A DNA stretch of 64,000 nt from Eledone cirrhosa (taxonomy: Eukaryota): assembly GCA_964016885.1 (NCBI GenBank), contig OZ024741.1, positions 289,850,001-289,914,000 on the forward strand, given 5' to 3'. Positions 13,395 through 27,872 of the stretch are shown piece after piece; position 1 is the stretch's first letter, and each line of letters begins with the position of its first letter. The notes under the pieces were generated by a model. The model was given only the letters and a program-made list of their open reading frames with translations, had not been told where the DNA came from and did no database searches. Made by a program: the position numbers and the translations under genes.

Positions 13395-13670
13395 GATTTT
13401 AGGGGTGGGAAGGTCGATTAAATCGACTACGGTATGTAACTGGTACTTTATTTTATAGCCTCGAAGGATTATAAACAAAATATCCCTTCATGGGATTTGA
13501 ACGCAGAACCTAATGAGCCGTACTAAATAACGCAAACCCTTTTCTCTGGGTCTCTAAGATTTCTGCTAATCCACCGCTCTCATAAAGATTTCTATTTTAG
13601 GCACAAGGCAGCAATTTTAGAGGAATGGAGATTCGATTAAATCGACCCCACTAATTTACTTGTAGGATAT
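13395..13670 (-). mobile_element. One degenerate tRNA-derived SINE plus a second partial 3' piece
   Basis: GTCGATTAAATCGAC, ACTGGTACTTTATTTTAT, GGATTTGAACGCAGAA; second GGCACAAGGC...TCGATTAAATCGACCCC at about 13600-13650. Confidence 0.75.
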
Positions 13671-14596
13671 GTTATTGATTCTGCCAAACCCCCGTCCTAT
13701 TCAGTGTACATTAATAATAACAATATTAGCGGTATCACTAAATCTAGTTGAAGACTTCAATGATAGTGACCTACCATAGTTAACCAGCAACGATTCCGCC
13801 TAAGATCAAACCATAACTGAATAAAAACATGAATGACAAAATCTCTTTAACATATTACAAGTAATTTAGGGTTAGCTAGGATGCCCTACACATGAAAGAC
13901 ATTGCTACTTAGAACTTAATATTAATCTATAAAAATAATCTTTCTGGCGAAATTACCTGAAAAGAACACTGTTATAGAAACGCCGTTGTGAAACTTTAAA
14001 CAAACTGATATCCGTGTGAGCAATCACATTACTAAATTATGTTCATCTGAAGAAACTGAACCAACACAGTTAGGATACAAATAGATATATTTTGAACCAA
14101 TGTATGTCATTATTATAAAAAACGAAATATTTTTATTGCGAAAATAATAAATCTTGACCGTTGATGTTGTTGATCTATGATAAATTGACCGTTCAGTTTT
14201 GTATTTATCAGATAATATATCTCTACCTTCTAGGACTATAACATGTAACTGGTCCATGCTTTAAAAAGACAAACACTAGGGTCTAATTGGAGGCTTGGTT
14301 AGCTGCTATACATAGCAAGATGAGTGACCACCTAGTGGCTTCCAGGTTGGGTTTTGTGTTTCTGATAGCTAAGAGTTTTAACATACATTCTATACATACT
14401 TAAAATATTAGAAGAGAAAAAGATAATAAAAATGTTACGAGGAAATATGAAATTTGAAACCACACATTATAGAACGATAGATTTTCAGTTAGTTTTGAGG
14501 ATGAAAATCTATTTTTTTCAACTAAATTACTTGTTAAACTAACGTGTAATGCGTAAGCGGTGAAGCACTTCAGACACGTGTAATCGTAACGTATAT

Positions 14597-14670
<74 letters not shown>

Positions 14671-14687
14671 ACACACACACACATATG

Positions 14688-14745
<58 letters not shown>

Positions 14746-14813
14746 TTATTCAGAAAACTAAACCTGAACTGGTCGACCGACAAGACTGACACAGAGGGAG
14801 AGTGAGTGAGAGA

Positions 14814-14899
<86 letters not shown>

Positions 14900-15139
14900 T
14901 AGCCGTCAGATCCAGCTCGGTTCTTTATTTATCGTCCTTAAATGGTAAAAGTCAGATCTGAAGCGGAGAGATTTACTACTTTTGCTAGCAAGTCGAGTGA
15001 TCGCATAGTGGCGAACATTTGTTATTTCCAACATTTTCGTTTGCTAATGTTAACAAAGTTGTTCCATTCTTTGATGTTTTTTTTTCTTTTGATTTTCTTT
15101 TTGGTTTGTATACAACCTCCTAGAAGTTTTATACAAACA

Positions 15140-15382
15140 TAGAATGTCTCAGGAAAGAATCGGTGGACAGATTTTACGGGCAAAACCAACCGGCAGAAGG
15201 CCCAGGAGTAGACCCTGAGCAAGATGGTTGGATAACGTCCATGAGCTTTGTTGGTCTTGCTTCAGAACCCAGCCGGATCAGTTGGAGATGGTTGTTTCTG
15301 ATAGGACTCGCTGGAAGGAGTGTTTGAGAACTCTGCCCCCCTCCTCCACGACCCTCTCAGTGGGTGAAGAAGAAGAAGAAGT
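15140..15382 (+). mobile_element. RTE-clade (Expander-like) LINE 3' end with (GAA)n tail
   Basis: MSQERIGGQILRAKPTGRRPRSRP*ARWLDNVHELCW...SDRTRWKECLRTLPP matches the RTE C-terminal GRRPRGRPRxRW pattern; followed by GAAGAAGAAGAAGAA. Confidence 0.8.
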
Positions 15383-15386
15383 GTGC

Positions 15387-15449
<63 letters not shown>

Positions 15450-15579
15450 TGTGTGTGTGTTCGTGTGTATGTATGTCTACATGCTCCAGTGTGTGCAGGT
15501 TTCTTTACATGAACTCTCCCATCAAAAATGAGAAGAAAATATCAAAATCAAAAATAACAGGGAGAACCACAGCAACAAA

Positions 15580-15700
15580 GAGAAGAAGAAGAAGAAGAAG
15601 AAGAAGAAGAAGAAGAAGAAGAAGAAGAAGAAGAAGAAGAAGAAGAAGAAGAAGAAGAAGAAGAAGAAGAAGAAGAAGAAGAAGAAGAAGAAGAAGAAGA
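15580..15700. repeat. Pure (GAA)n, about 40 units
   Basis: Seen directly. Confidence 0.95.
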
Positions 15701-15799
15701 AATATTTTACAAAATTTCATGGATAAACTCAGGTAATCTAATTTTTTTAAATTCATTTCTTTTGTGAGGCTTAGATTATTACGGTTGTTCTTATGGATG

Positions 15800-18290
15800 T
15801 TTCTGCTGCTGTTATTGTTATTGTTGCTGTTGTTACATCTGTTATGGTGTTGAAGTTGCTGTTGCTGTTATTGTTGTTGTTGTTACATCTGATGTGTTGT
15901 TGAAGTTGCTGTTGTTGTCATTGTTGCTGTTGTTACATTTGATGTGTTGTTGAAGTTGCTGTTGTTGTTATTGTTGCTGTTGTTACAGCTGATGTGTTGT
16001 TGAAGTTGCTGTTGTTGTTATTGTTGCTGTTGTTACATCTGATGTGTTGTTGAAGTTGCTGTTGTTGTTATTGTTGTTGTTGTTACATCTGATGTGTTGT
16101 TGAAGTTGCTGTTGTTGTTATTGTTGCTGTTGTAGCATTTGATGTGTTGTTGAAGTTGCTGTTGTTGTTATTGTTGCTGTTGTTGTTATTGTTGCTGTTG
16201 TTACATCTGATGTGTTGTTGAAGTTGCTGTTGTTGTTATTGTTGCTGTTGTTACATCTGTTGTATTGTTGAAGTTGCTGTTGTTGTTATTGTTGCTGTTG
16301 TTACATCTGTTGTATTGTTGAAGTTGCTGTTGTTGTTATTGTTGCTGTTGTTACATCTGCTGTGTTGTTGAAGTTGCTGTTGTTGTTATTGTTGCTGTTG
16401 TTACATCTGTTGTATTGTTGAAGTTGCTGTTGTTGTTATTGTTGCTGTTGTTACATCTGTTGTGTTGTTGAAGTTGCTGTTGTTGTTATTGTTGCTGTTG
16501 TTACATCTGTTGTATTGTTGAAGTTGCTGTTGTTGTTATTGTTGCTGTTGTTACATCTGTTGTATTGTTGAAGTTGCTGTTGTTGTTATTGTTGCTGTTG
16601 TTACAGCTGATGTGTTGTTGAAGTTGCTGTTGTTGTTATTGTTGTTGTTGTCACATCTGATGTGTTGTTGAAGTTGCTGTTATTGTTATTGTTGCTGTTG
16701 TTACATCTGTTGTGTTGTTGAAGTTGCTGTTATTGTTATTGTTGCTGTTGTTACATCTGTTGTGTTGTTGAAGTTGCTGTTGTTGTTATTGTTGCTGTTG
16801 TTACATCTGATGTGTTGTTGAAGTTGCTGTTGTTGTTATTGTTGCTGTTGTTACAGCTGATGAGTTGTTGAAGTTGCTGTTGTTGTTATTGTTGCTGTTG
16901 TTACATCTGTTGTATTGTTGAAGTTGCTGTTGTTGTTATTGTTGCTGTTGTTACATCTGTTGTATTGTTGAAGTTGCTGTTGTTGTTATTGTTGCTGTTG
17001 TTACATCTGTTGTGTTGTTGAAGTTGCTGTTGTTGTTATTGTTGCTGTTGTTACATCTGTTGTATTGTTGAAGTTGCTGTTGTTGTTATTGTTGCTGTTG
17101 TTACATCTGTTGTGTTGTTGAAGTTGCTGTTGTTGTTATTGTTGCTGTTGTTACATCTGTTGTATTGTTGAAGTTGCTGTTGTTGTTATTGTTGCTGTTG
17201 TTACATCTGTTGTATTGTTGAAGTTGCTGTTGTTGTTATTGTTGCTGTTGTTACAGCTGATGTGTTGTTGAAGTTGCTGTTATTGTTATTGTTGCTGTTG
17301 TTACATCTGTTGTGTTGTTGAAGTTGCTGTTGTTGTTATTGTTGCTGTTGTTACATCTGATGTGTTGTTGAAGTTGCTGTTGTTGTTATTGTTGCTGTTG
17401 TTACATCTGTTGTGTTGTTGAAGTTGCTGTTGTTGTTATTGTTGCTGTTGTTACATCTGTTGTGTTGTTGAAGTTGCTGTTGTTGTTATTGTTGCTGTTG
17501 TTACATCTGATGTGTTGTTGAAGTTGCTGTTGTTGTTATTGTTGCTGTTGTTACATCTGTTGTGTTGTTGAAGTTGCTGTTGTTGTTATTGTTGCTGTTG
17601 TTACATCTGTTGTGTTGTTGAAGTTGCTGTTGTTGTTATTGTTGCTGTTGTTACATCTGATGTGTTGTTGAAGTTGCTGTTGTTGTTATTGTTGCTGTTG
17701 TTACATCTGTTGTGTTGTTGAAGTTGCTGTTGTTGTTATTGTTGCTGTTGTTACATCTGACGTGTTGTTGAAGTTGCTGTTGTTGTTATTGTTGCTGTTG
17801 TTACATCTGACGTGTTGTTGAAGTTGCTGTTGTTGTTATTGTTGCTGTTGTTACATCTGACGTGTTGTTGAAGTTGCTGTTGTTGTTATTGTTGCTGTTG
17901 TTACATCTGTTGTGTTGTTGAAGTTGCTGTTGTTGTTATTGTTGCTGTTGTTACATCTGATGTGTTGTTCAAGTTGCTGTTATTGTTATTGTTGCTGTTG
18001 TTACATCTGATGTGTTGTTGAAGTTGCTGTTGTTGTTATTGTTGCTGTTGTTACATCTGATGTGTTGTTGAAGTTGCTGTTGTTGTTATTGTTGCTGTTG
18101 TTACATCTGATGTGTTGTTGAAGTTGCTGTTGTTGTTATTGTTGCTGTTGTTACATCTGATGTGTTGTTGAAGTTGCTGTTGTTGTTATTGTTGCTGTTG
18201 TTACATCTGATGTGTTGTTGAAGTTGCTGTTATTGTTATTGTTGCTGTTGTTACATCTGATGTGTTGTTGAAGTTGCTGTTGTTGCTATC
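15800..18290. repeat. 50-bp minisatellite (TTACATCTG[A/T]TGTGTTGTTGAAGTTGCTGTTGTTGTTATTGTTGCTGTTG), about 49 copies
   Basis: Exact 50-bp periodicity from 16201 onward; near-identical units. Confidence 0.97.
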
Positions 18291-18867
18291 CTTGTTGTTG
18301 TTGTTGCTGTTTTTTGTTGTTTTTGTTGTTATTGTTATTGCTTCTTGTTCATGTTACTAATGTTGATGTTGATGATATTACTGCAGCTGTTGCTGTTGCT
18401 GCTTCTGTTACTGTTGCTGATTGTTGCTGCTAACGTTGTTGTTGCTACTGATGTTGTTTCTGCTGTTGCTGTTGTTGTTTATGTTGCTGCAGCTGGTATT
18501 ATTGCTGCTGTTGCTGTTGTTGTTTCTGTTGCTGCTGCTGGTATTATTGCTGCTGTTGCTGTTGTTGTTGCTGTTGTTGAAGCTGGTATTGTTGCTGCTG
18601 TTGCTGTTGGTGGTGGTGTTGGTATCATAGCCACCACCAACACCATCATCATAACCATTACCAACACCACCACTACCTCTATCACAGACACTACCAACAC
18701 CATCAACACCACTATCATAGCCAACGACACCATCGACACCACCATGCCCATCACTACCACCGGCACCACCACCACCATGTCCATCACTACCACCACCATC
18801 ACTACCATATACGACATGACTTATTTTCTCTCTCCCTTGAACCCCATCCACCAACATTACATTGTTG

Positions 18868-18951
18868 GTGTTGGTGCTGGTGCTGATGGTATGGGTGGTG
18901 CGTGTGCTGATGCACACGCACCACCCATACCATCAGCACCAGCACCAACAC
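18868..18951. repeat. Perfect 40-bp inverted repeat with 4-nt loop (TGAT)
   Basis: 18868-18907 is the exact reverse complement of 18912-18951. Confidence 0.95.
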
Positions 18952-21900
18952 AAACACCACCACCAACACCAACACCAGCACCAACACCAGCACCACCACC
19001 AACACCAACACCAGCACCAACACCAACACCAACACCAGCACCAACAACCGGCACCACCACCAACACCACCACCAACACCAACACCAGCACCAGCACCAAC
19101 ACCAGCACCACCACCAACATCGGCACCAACACCAACACCAACACCACCACCAGCACCAGCACCACCACCAACACCAGCACCAACACCAACACCAGCACCA
19201 ACACCAACACCAACACCAACACCAGCACCATCACCAACACCAGCACCAACACCAACACCAACACCACCACCAACACCAACACCAGCACCAACACCAACAC
19301 CAACACCACCACCAACACCAACACCAACACCACCACCAACACCAACACCAGCACCAACACCAACACCAGCACCAACACCAACACCAACACCAACACCAAC
19401 ACCACCACCAACACCAACACCAACACCACCACCACCACCACCAACACCAACACCAACACCAACACCACCACCAACACCAACACCAACACCACCACCAACA
19501 CCACCACCAACACCAGCACCAACACCAACACCACCACCAGCACCAACAACAACACCACCACCAACACCACCACCAACACCAACACCAACACCAACACCAC
19601 CACCACCACCAACACCAACACCAACACCAACACCAGTACCAACACCAACACCACCACCAACACCAACACCAACACCAGCACCAACACCACCACCAACACC
19701 ACCACCAACACCAGCACCAACACCAGCACCACCACCAACACCAACACCACCACCAACACCACCACCAACACCAGCACCAACACCAACACCACCACCAACA
19801 CCAACACCAACACCACCACCAACACCAACACCAACACCAGCACCAACACCAACACCACCACCAGCACCAACAACAACACCAACACCAACACCAACACCAA
19901 CACCAACACCAACACCAGTACCAACACCAACACCACCACCAACACCAACACCAACACCACCACCAACACCAACACCAACACCAACACCACCACCAACACC
20001 AACACCAGCACCAACACCAACACCAGCACCAACACCAACACCAACACCAACACCAACACCACCACAAACACCAACACCAACACCACCACCACCACCAACA
20101 CCAACACCAACACCAACACCACCACCAACACCAACACCAACACCACCACCAACACCACCACCAACACCAGCACCAACACCAACACCACCACCAGCACCAA
20201 CAACAACACCACCACCAACACCACCACCAACACCAACACCAACACCAACACCACCACCACCACCAACACCAACACCAACACCAACACCAGTACCAACACC
20301 AACACCACCACCAACACCAACACCAACACCAGCACCAACACCACCACCAACACCACCACCAACACCAGCACCAACACCAGCACCACCACCAACACCAACA
20401 CCACCACCAACACCACCACCAACACCAGCACCAACACCAACACCACCACCAACACCAACACCAACACCACCACCAACACCAACACCAACACCAGCACCAA
20501 CACCAACACCACCACCAGCACCAACAACAACACCAACACCAACACCAACACCAACACCAACACCAACACCAACACCAGTACCAACACCAACACCACCACC
20601 AACACCAACACCAACACCACCACCAACACCAACACCAACACCAGCACCAACACCAACACCACCACCAGCACCAACAACAACACCAACACCAACACCAACA
20701 CCAACACCAACACCAACACCAGTACCAACACCAACACCACCACCAACACCAACACCAACACCACCACCAACACCAACACCAACACCACCACCAACACCAC
20801 CACCAACACCAGCACCAACACCAACACCACCACCAACACCAACACCAACACCACCACCAACACCAACACCAACACCACCACCAACACCACCACCAACACC
20901 AGCACCAACACCAACACCACCACCAGCACCAACACCAACACCACCACCAACACCACCACCAACACCAGCACCAACACCACCACCAACACCACCACCAACA
21001 CCAACACCAACACCAGCACCAACACCACCACCAACACCACCACCAACACCAACACCAACACCAGCACCAACACCAACACCACCACCAGCACCAACAACAA
21101 CACCACCACCAACACCACCACCAACACCAGCACCAACACCACCACCAACACCACCACCAACACCAACACCAGCACCAACACCAACACCACCACCAGCACC
21201 AACAACAACACCACCACCAACACCACCACCAACACCAACACCAACACCAACACCACCACCAGCACCATCACCAGCACCAGCACCAGCACCAACACCAACA
21301 TCAACACCACCACCAACACCAGCACCAACACCAGCACCAACACCATCACCAACACCAACACCAGCACCAACACCAGCACCACCACCAACACCAGCACCAA
21401 CACCAACACCACCACCAACACCACCACCAACACCAACACCAACACCAACACCACCACCAACACCACCACCAACACCAACACCAACACCAACACCACCACC
21501 AACACCAGCACCAACACCAGCACCAACACCACCACCAACACCAACACCAACACCACCACCAACACCAACACCACCACCAACACCACCACCAACACCAACA
21601 CCAACATCAACACCACCACCAACACCAGCACCAACACCAGCACCAACACCATCACCAACACCAACACCAGCACCAACACCAGCACCACCACCAACACCAG
21701 CACCAACACCAACACCACCACCAACACCACCACCAACACCAACACCAACACCACCACCAACACCACCACCAACACCAACACCAACACCAACACCAACACC
21801 AGCACCAACGCCACCACCAACACCAACACCACCACCAACACCACCACCAACACCACCACCAACACCAACACCAACACCAGCACCAACACCACCACCAACA

Positions 21901-22880
21901 CCAACACCACCACCAACACCACCACCAACACCACCACCAACACCAACACCAACACCAACACCAACACCAGCACCAACACCACCACCAACACCAACACCAC
22001 CACCAACACCACCACCAACACCACCACCAACACCAACACCACCACCAACACCACCACCAACACCAACACCAACACCAACACCACCACCAACACCAGCACC
22101 AACACCAGCACCAACACCACCACCAACACCAACACCAACACCACCACCAACACCAACACCACCACCAACACCACCACCAACACCAACACCAACATCAACA
22201 CCACCACCAACACCAGCACCAACACCAGCACCAACACCATCACCAACACCAACACCAGCACCAACACCAGCACCACCACCAACACCAGCACCAACACCAA
22301 CACCACCACCAACACCACCACCAACACCAACACCAACACCAACACCACCACCAACACCAGCACCAACACCAACACCAACACCAACACCAACACCAACACC
22401 AGCACCAACACCAGCACCAACACCAACACCAACACCAGCACCAACACCAACACCACCACCAACACCAACACCAACACCACCACCAGCACCAACACCAACA
22501 CCAACACCAGCACCAACACCAACACCACCACCAGCACCAACACCACCACCAACACCAACACCACCACCAACACCACCACCAACACCAGCACCAACACCAA
22601 CACCACCACCAACACCAACACCAACACCAACACCACCACCAACACCACCACCAACACCAACACCAACACCAACACCACCACCAACACTAGCACCAACACC
22701 AACACCAACACCACCACCAACACCACCACCAACACCAGCACCAACACCAGCACCAACACCAACACCACCACCAACACCACCACCAACACCAACACCAACA
22801 CCACCACCAACACCACCACCAACACCAACACCAACACCAACACCACCACCAACACCAGCACCAACACCAGCACCAACACC
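18935..22880. repeat. ~4-kb (ACC/AAC/AGC)n, mostly (ACCAAC)n, array with internal block duplications
   Basis: Seen directly; the rare variants AGTACC and AACATCAAC recur in duplicated blocks. Confidence 0.95.
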
Positions 22881-23442
22881 CACACATACCAACTACCTCT
22901 CCTTTCACCTCCGTTCACCCAACCCCTTCAAGCTACGATCACCGCCGATTGAGGGCGCTAATAACAGCGGCCACAATAAACTGTCTACAGTCATAAAAGA
23001 GACATTGCTCTGATATAAAGAGAGTCATTACCGCTAAACCTTAACGGTTCTTATATCAATCTGTCTGTCTTTATGTCCGCATGACAGTCTGTTTGTCTGT
23101 CTATCTATTCGATTATAAATATATATATACATACATACATACATACATACATACATACATACATACATACATACATACATACATACATACATACATACAT
23201 ACATACGTACATACATACATACAGACATACATACATACATACATACATACATATCTATATCTCCCTCTCTCTCTATGTATATATATACAGACATATATAT
23301 GTATATAAAGACATATATATATATATATATGTATGTATTACTAGTTCCACCTCACCAACATCGGTACCGTGCTGGTGGCTCCCTATTTATCTGTATATGT
23401 ATGACGCGTGTCTGGTGTTGGTCGTGGGTGACGGGAAAAAAC

Positions 23443-23509
<67 letters not shown>

Positions 23510-23754
23510 TCTCTCTCTCCACGTCTCCCTTTACACAAACATTATATATATATATATGCCGAGAAAATGAGGTGTATTATCTTTATATAACAAAGCATTG
23601 ATCTCTTAAATATTTTATTTGTAGGACACGATAACCAGCAGCAGCATCACTGTATGTAACATCGGTATCACAACTAACATCACTTACCACCATCAACACC
23701 ACCTACCACAATAGCGTCATCACCACCACCATCAACAACAACACCTTCCTCAAC

Positions 23755-24000
23755 CAAACTTATTTACCACAATAGTGCCACTATCACCAATAACAACAAC
23801 ATCACCACCACCAGCATCACTTACCACAATAACTCCACTATCACCAATAACAACAACAACATCACCACCACCAACATCACTTACCACAATAACTCCACTA
23901 ACACCAATATCATCACCACCACCAACATCACGTACCACACAAACACTACTATTACCAATAACAACATCATTACCACCAGCATCACTTACTACAATAACAA
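23755..24000. repeat. Degenerate ~57-60 bp tandem repeat, about 4 copies
   Basis: TTACCACAATAACTCCACTATCACCAATAACAACAACATCACCACCACCA recurs. Confidence 0.8.
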
Positions 24001-24654
24001 CGACAGCGTCGAAGAGACATTAGCAACAAACGTAGAGTGTCAATACGTAAAGGCTTACATGGTTTCTCAGCCTGTTAGAAATAGCTGCTAAGTTATCCTC
24101 ATATCGCCACGACTGTCTTTTGAAGGAAATAAGTTTTGAATAATGTATTCGTACGAACTCTACGTTTAAACACACACACACACAAATAAACATACATACA
24201 CGCACACAGACAAAATACGACCGGAATGTTTTTGATCATAAGTTCGTTCAAGATCGACTGGGTTTAAACAGCAACAGCAACCCACACAAGCATAAGGCTT
24301 GATTCCCAGAATAACATCGTTATTAAAAGGATACATTTGTGCACAACAACAAAAATTGTAATCCTAGATACACGGTGTCTGAAGAAAATACAGATGATCA
24401 CTGTTCGTTGCCAGGATTTTGGCGGTCGGGGTTTTGGTGCTTCGGTTTCATAACATTCTTGGTGGGCAATCGTTCGCCAGGAAAGTATTTCAAGTGATTT
24501 TTATTAAATATATTTTTCTACATCTGAAGGTGCTCCATTGAAAAATAAGGCGATCAGAACCATTCAGTGACAGCCACTTGTCGACGGGAAAAGTTTGAGC
24601 AGATGAGACATGGCTTTGAATAACATCTACAGACTAGAGAGAAAGAGATAGACG

Positions 24655-25030
24655 AATCAGTTCCAGTATTGGACTGATATTTATCGAAACAAACCAAAAA
24701 AGTATTAAACGCAAAGTGAACAACAGCGGGATTTGAACTCAGAGAACAGATAACCAGAATAAGTAAGCCAATGCTCTAATGATTCTACCAATTTACCATC
24801 ATCCATTAAATAATGACTTCTAATACAGGCACAAGACCAGGAATTTGTGGGGAGGGGTAAGTCGATTAAATCGACCCCAGTGAATTACTGGTGCTTTATT
24901 TTATCGACCCTGTAAGAATGGAAGGTAAAGCTAACCTCGGCGGGATTTGAACTCAGAAGGTAAAGGGCCGTAACGGCATGCCAGAAAGCATAGTGTCGAC
25001 GCTCTATCGATACTACTAATCCGCTCCCCT
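24655..25030 (-). mobile_element. Two adjacent tRNA-derived SINE copies (degenerate 24655-24800; well preserved 24827-25030)
   Basis: GGCACAAGACCAG...GTCGATTAAATCGACCCCAG...ACCTCGGCGGGATTTGAACTCAGAA. Confidence 0.8.
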
Positions 25031-25084
25031 TTAAATAATATAGTCCAATATTCATTCTTTGCATTTGTAAAATAGTTGGAAGAA

Positions 25085-25325
25085 CGCCTGATACGGTCAC
25101 ATATCCTGCCACAACTCCCTGTCGAAAACCATATTTCTGGGCACAATGAAGTAAGGCGAATGAAAGGCGGCCAAAGAAAACTCTGGTTCAACAACATAAA
25201 GCACTGGACAAGTCACAAAACCGCGACCTTTCTACACATGACGGAAGATAGCACCAGTAGACTGCTGACAGTGAAAACGTCAAAAAAGGCAAGCCAACGA
25301 CTGGCTGCAACAGATGTAGAAACTT
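25085..25325 (+). mobile_element. RTE/BovB-like LINE 3' fragment, frameshifted
   Basis: YGHISCHNSLSKTIFLGT in one frame, then RRMKGGQRKLWFNNIKHWT...LHMTED in another (cf. GHxxRHDSLSKTILQGTVEGxRxRGRQRKxWxDNIKEWT). Confidence 0.75.
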
Positions 25326-25762
25326 AATGATGATATACATTATATTATATCTTAAAATATGATGAGATGGCCATAGGCAGAATGTATATGGCCTCACGTC
25401 TATGCTTTCAGGTTTGCCCTGCGGCTAAACATCTAAAACAAGAACAGAATATATATCATTACATCACATTAAACAAGTCGGCAACACATCCTCATTCTTT
25501 CCTTTATTTTCCTTTATTTTCCTCTTCCCTTCATATTCACTGTTCTATCCACCCCAACAAATCTCCCATCCATTTATTTTTCTACTGGTTTAGATCGCTA
25601 CATTTGATGAACACGTTAACAACGATTGCTCACAATAAAATATTTGAATAATAACTTATATGTAACGTTTTAAACCAGAAATCACCGTGAAAAGCACATT
25701 TATGTGCTGCGAAATTAACCAACGGCCACACCACCATTGTTACCACAACTGTCGCTCCCATA

Positions 25763-25804
<42 letters not shown>

Positions 25805-25907
25805 GACAAAAATACTTATATATAAACATGCGTACATACATACAAACATGCATACATACATTCATACATACATACATACATACATACATACATACATACA
25901 TACATAC

Positions 25908-26460
25908 ATGGTGGCTGCCAACTCGTTTTCGAGTGCGGCCACTACTTTATATCCATGTAGGAGAACTCCTACCGATTCGCTGAACGAGTGTGGCTTTTAA
26001 GTCCAGCCAGCGACATGAAAACTCTGGTACAAACACTACACTTGTGACAATTATTGACACAGTGCTGGGCCCATGGTACCATGTGACGACAAGTGCAGAG
26101 AGATCTCCAGATATAAAGCAATGCCTGTGCCGTGAAGCTTTTATAGTGAGCAAAGACATTGCACAAAGCCAGTCCCACTCTCTTAACCAAGATGATATTT
26201 ACCAAAAAAGAAACATGTCAACATCATTGGATACCATCAGAGTTGCAGGTATTATATCAGAGTTTTCCTTCTAGAATTCTGCCTTGACAAAGGCTAAGGG
26301 GTCATCTCTCCCGGTGATTTTGGATGGCCATTGACTCTTAAGAGCTCCTTTGCCCTTTGACAGGTTTTGTTTTTAGTCCTGCAGGATGTCCAAAGTCACC
26401 CTCCTCACCAAGAAACCTTGGTGGGGTTGCCAGTTTAGTCGCCAACGACCCGACCATGAG
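25908..26460 (-). mobile_element. Short non-autonomous RTE derivative (5'UTR-like part joined to 3' end), flanked by (ATAC)n
   Basis: Minus strand contains AGAAGGAAAACTCTGAT (RTE 5'UTR-like motif), then a C2H2-like HKCSVCTRVFMSLAGLKSHTRS and an (ATGT)n tail; no RT core between them. Confidence 0.6.
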
Positions 26461-27143
26461 ACATACATACATACATACATTTATATATGCCTACGTACAT
26501 TCATACATTTTTCTTGGTATATCTTACATCTCTGTGTCGTTCTAAATTCAAATAAGGCCTCCTTTCGCCTGGTTGGGATCAACAGATGTTATCAACTTGC
26601 AATAGAAATGACAATTCACTGCAGTACATCAGATATTAGAAAACATTATCTTGGAATCAGGAGTTCGTTAATGCTTCGGCTTTTCAAGTAAGTGGATGAA
26701 ACACGACGAAGTAGAACGATTTGCTGTATATTCTTATGAAGTAGAGCCATAGTCATCGACATTCTAATCATGATGAACCAGCCTTTTCCAACATCAGAGT
26801 ATATCACAAACTACAAAATAAAATATTACTTCGTTTTTTAAAGTGGAATATGGTGATTTGATAGAGATTCGGTTGCTGTTTTAGAACACCAACTGACCAT
26901 CTCGAGGCGTCCTCTATAACGCCTAATTTGGTCACGTGATATAATGTATTCTTTGAACAGTATAATCAGTATATCTCCTTTGGTAGTACATCTCTATTTC
27001 TCCTCTCTTTCCTTTCCTAATCTATCATTTACTCTCTAACGCATACACACAAAGTAGTATGCAGTACAAATATAGGTATAACTTTGCATGCGCCAACATA
27101 ACATACAGACCACATGTACTCTTACAAAAAGTTAAAACACATA

Positions 27144-27208
<65 letters not shown>

Positions 27209-27693
27209 GTGTGTATGTGTGTGTGTATACAAATACACACAGACTCACACACACACACACATATATATATGTATATATATACAACCAAATATATGCACAC
27301 ACATATCAATACACATTTATACAATATGATCAAATATATATAAATGGCATGTGTGTTAATCTCGGCCTATCTTTCATCGTCTATAAGATTTTTTATCTAT
27401 CTCTAAAAGGTTATTAAAAAAATAGAAAAAGAATAATAGACCAGGTTAACCACAATGGGAAGAAAGTTTATGAATATTTTACGGTAGCCATGTTGGAGAC
27501 TTGTCACCGGAAAAGGTATAGCAATGTTGACATTGATAGCAGCTATCATCAGCTTCCGGTTTCATTAACTATTGACCAAGAACTAGTACTATTGTACGCC
27601 TCATTGACTCGTTTTCTAATCAATCTGACAACATATAATAAATATATTTATAATACTGTTTAAGTAAGTCTCTCTCTCTGTCTCTCTCTCTCC

Positions 27694-27749
<56 letters not shown>

Positions 27750-27872
27750 CTATTTATGTGTGTGTCTGTCTGTGTCATGCATGTGAGTGTCTTTGTTTAT
27801 ACATACACAAGGGGAGAGTACTCAATACATAATGTAGAATTAAAATTAATAATAGCAATAATTGTTTCTACA

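Noticed and set aside
13940-14040. Possible small host exon on the minus strand (CAG/GTAATT); similar candidates near 8990 and 9445
   Set aside because: Splice-like motifs only, with no recognisable peptide or partner exons.
15383-15756. Poly-Arg / poly-Leu ORFs
   Set aside because: Translation of (GT)n and (GAA)n microsatellites.
18345-23013. 1535-aa, 1383-aa and 1319-aa ORFs (apparent signal peptide plus Thr/Asn or Pro/Thr repeats)
   Set aside because: Translations of the (ACCAAC)n array; the hydrophobic N-terminus comes from a GTT/GCT microsatellite. RNA-seq would be needed to rescue it.
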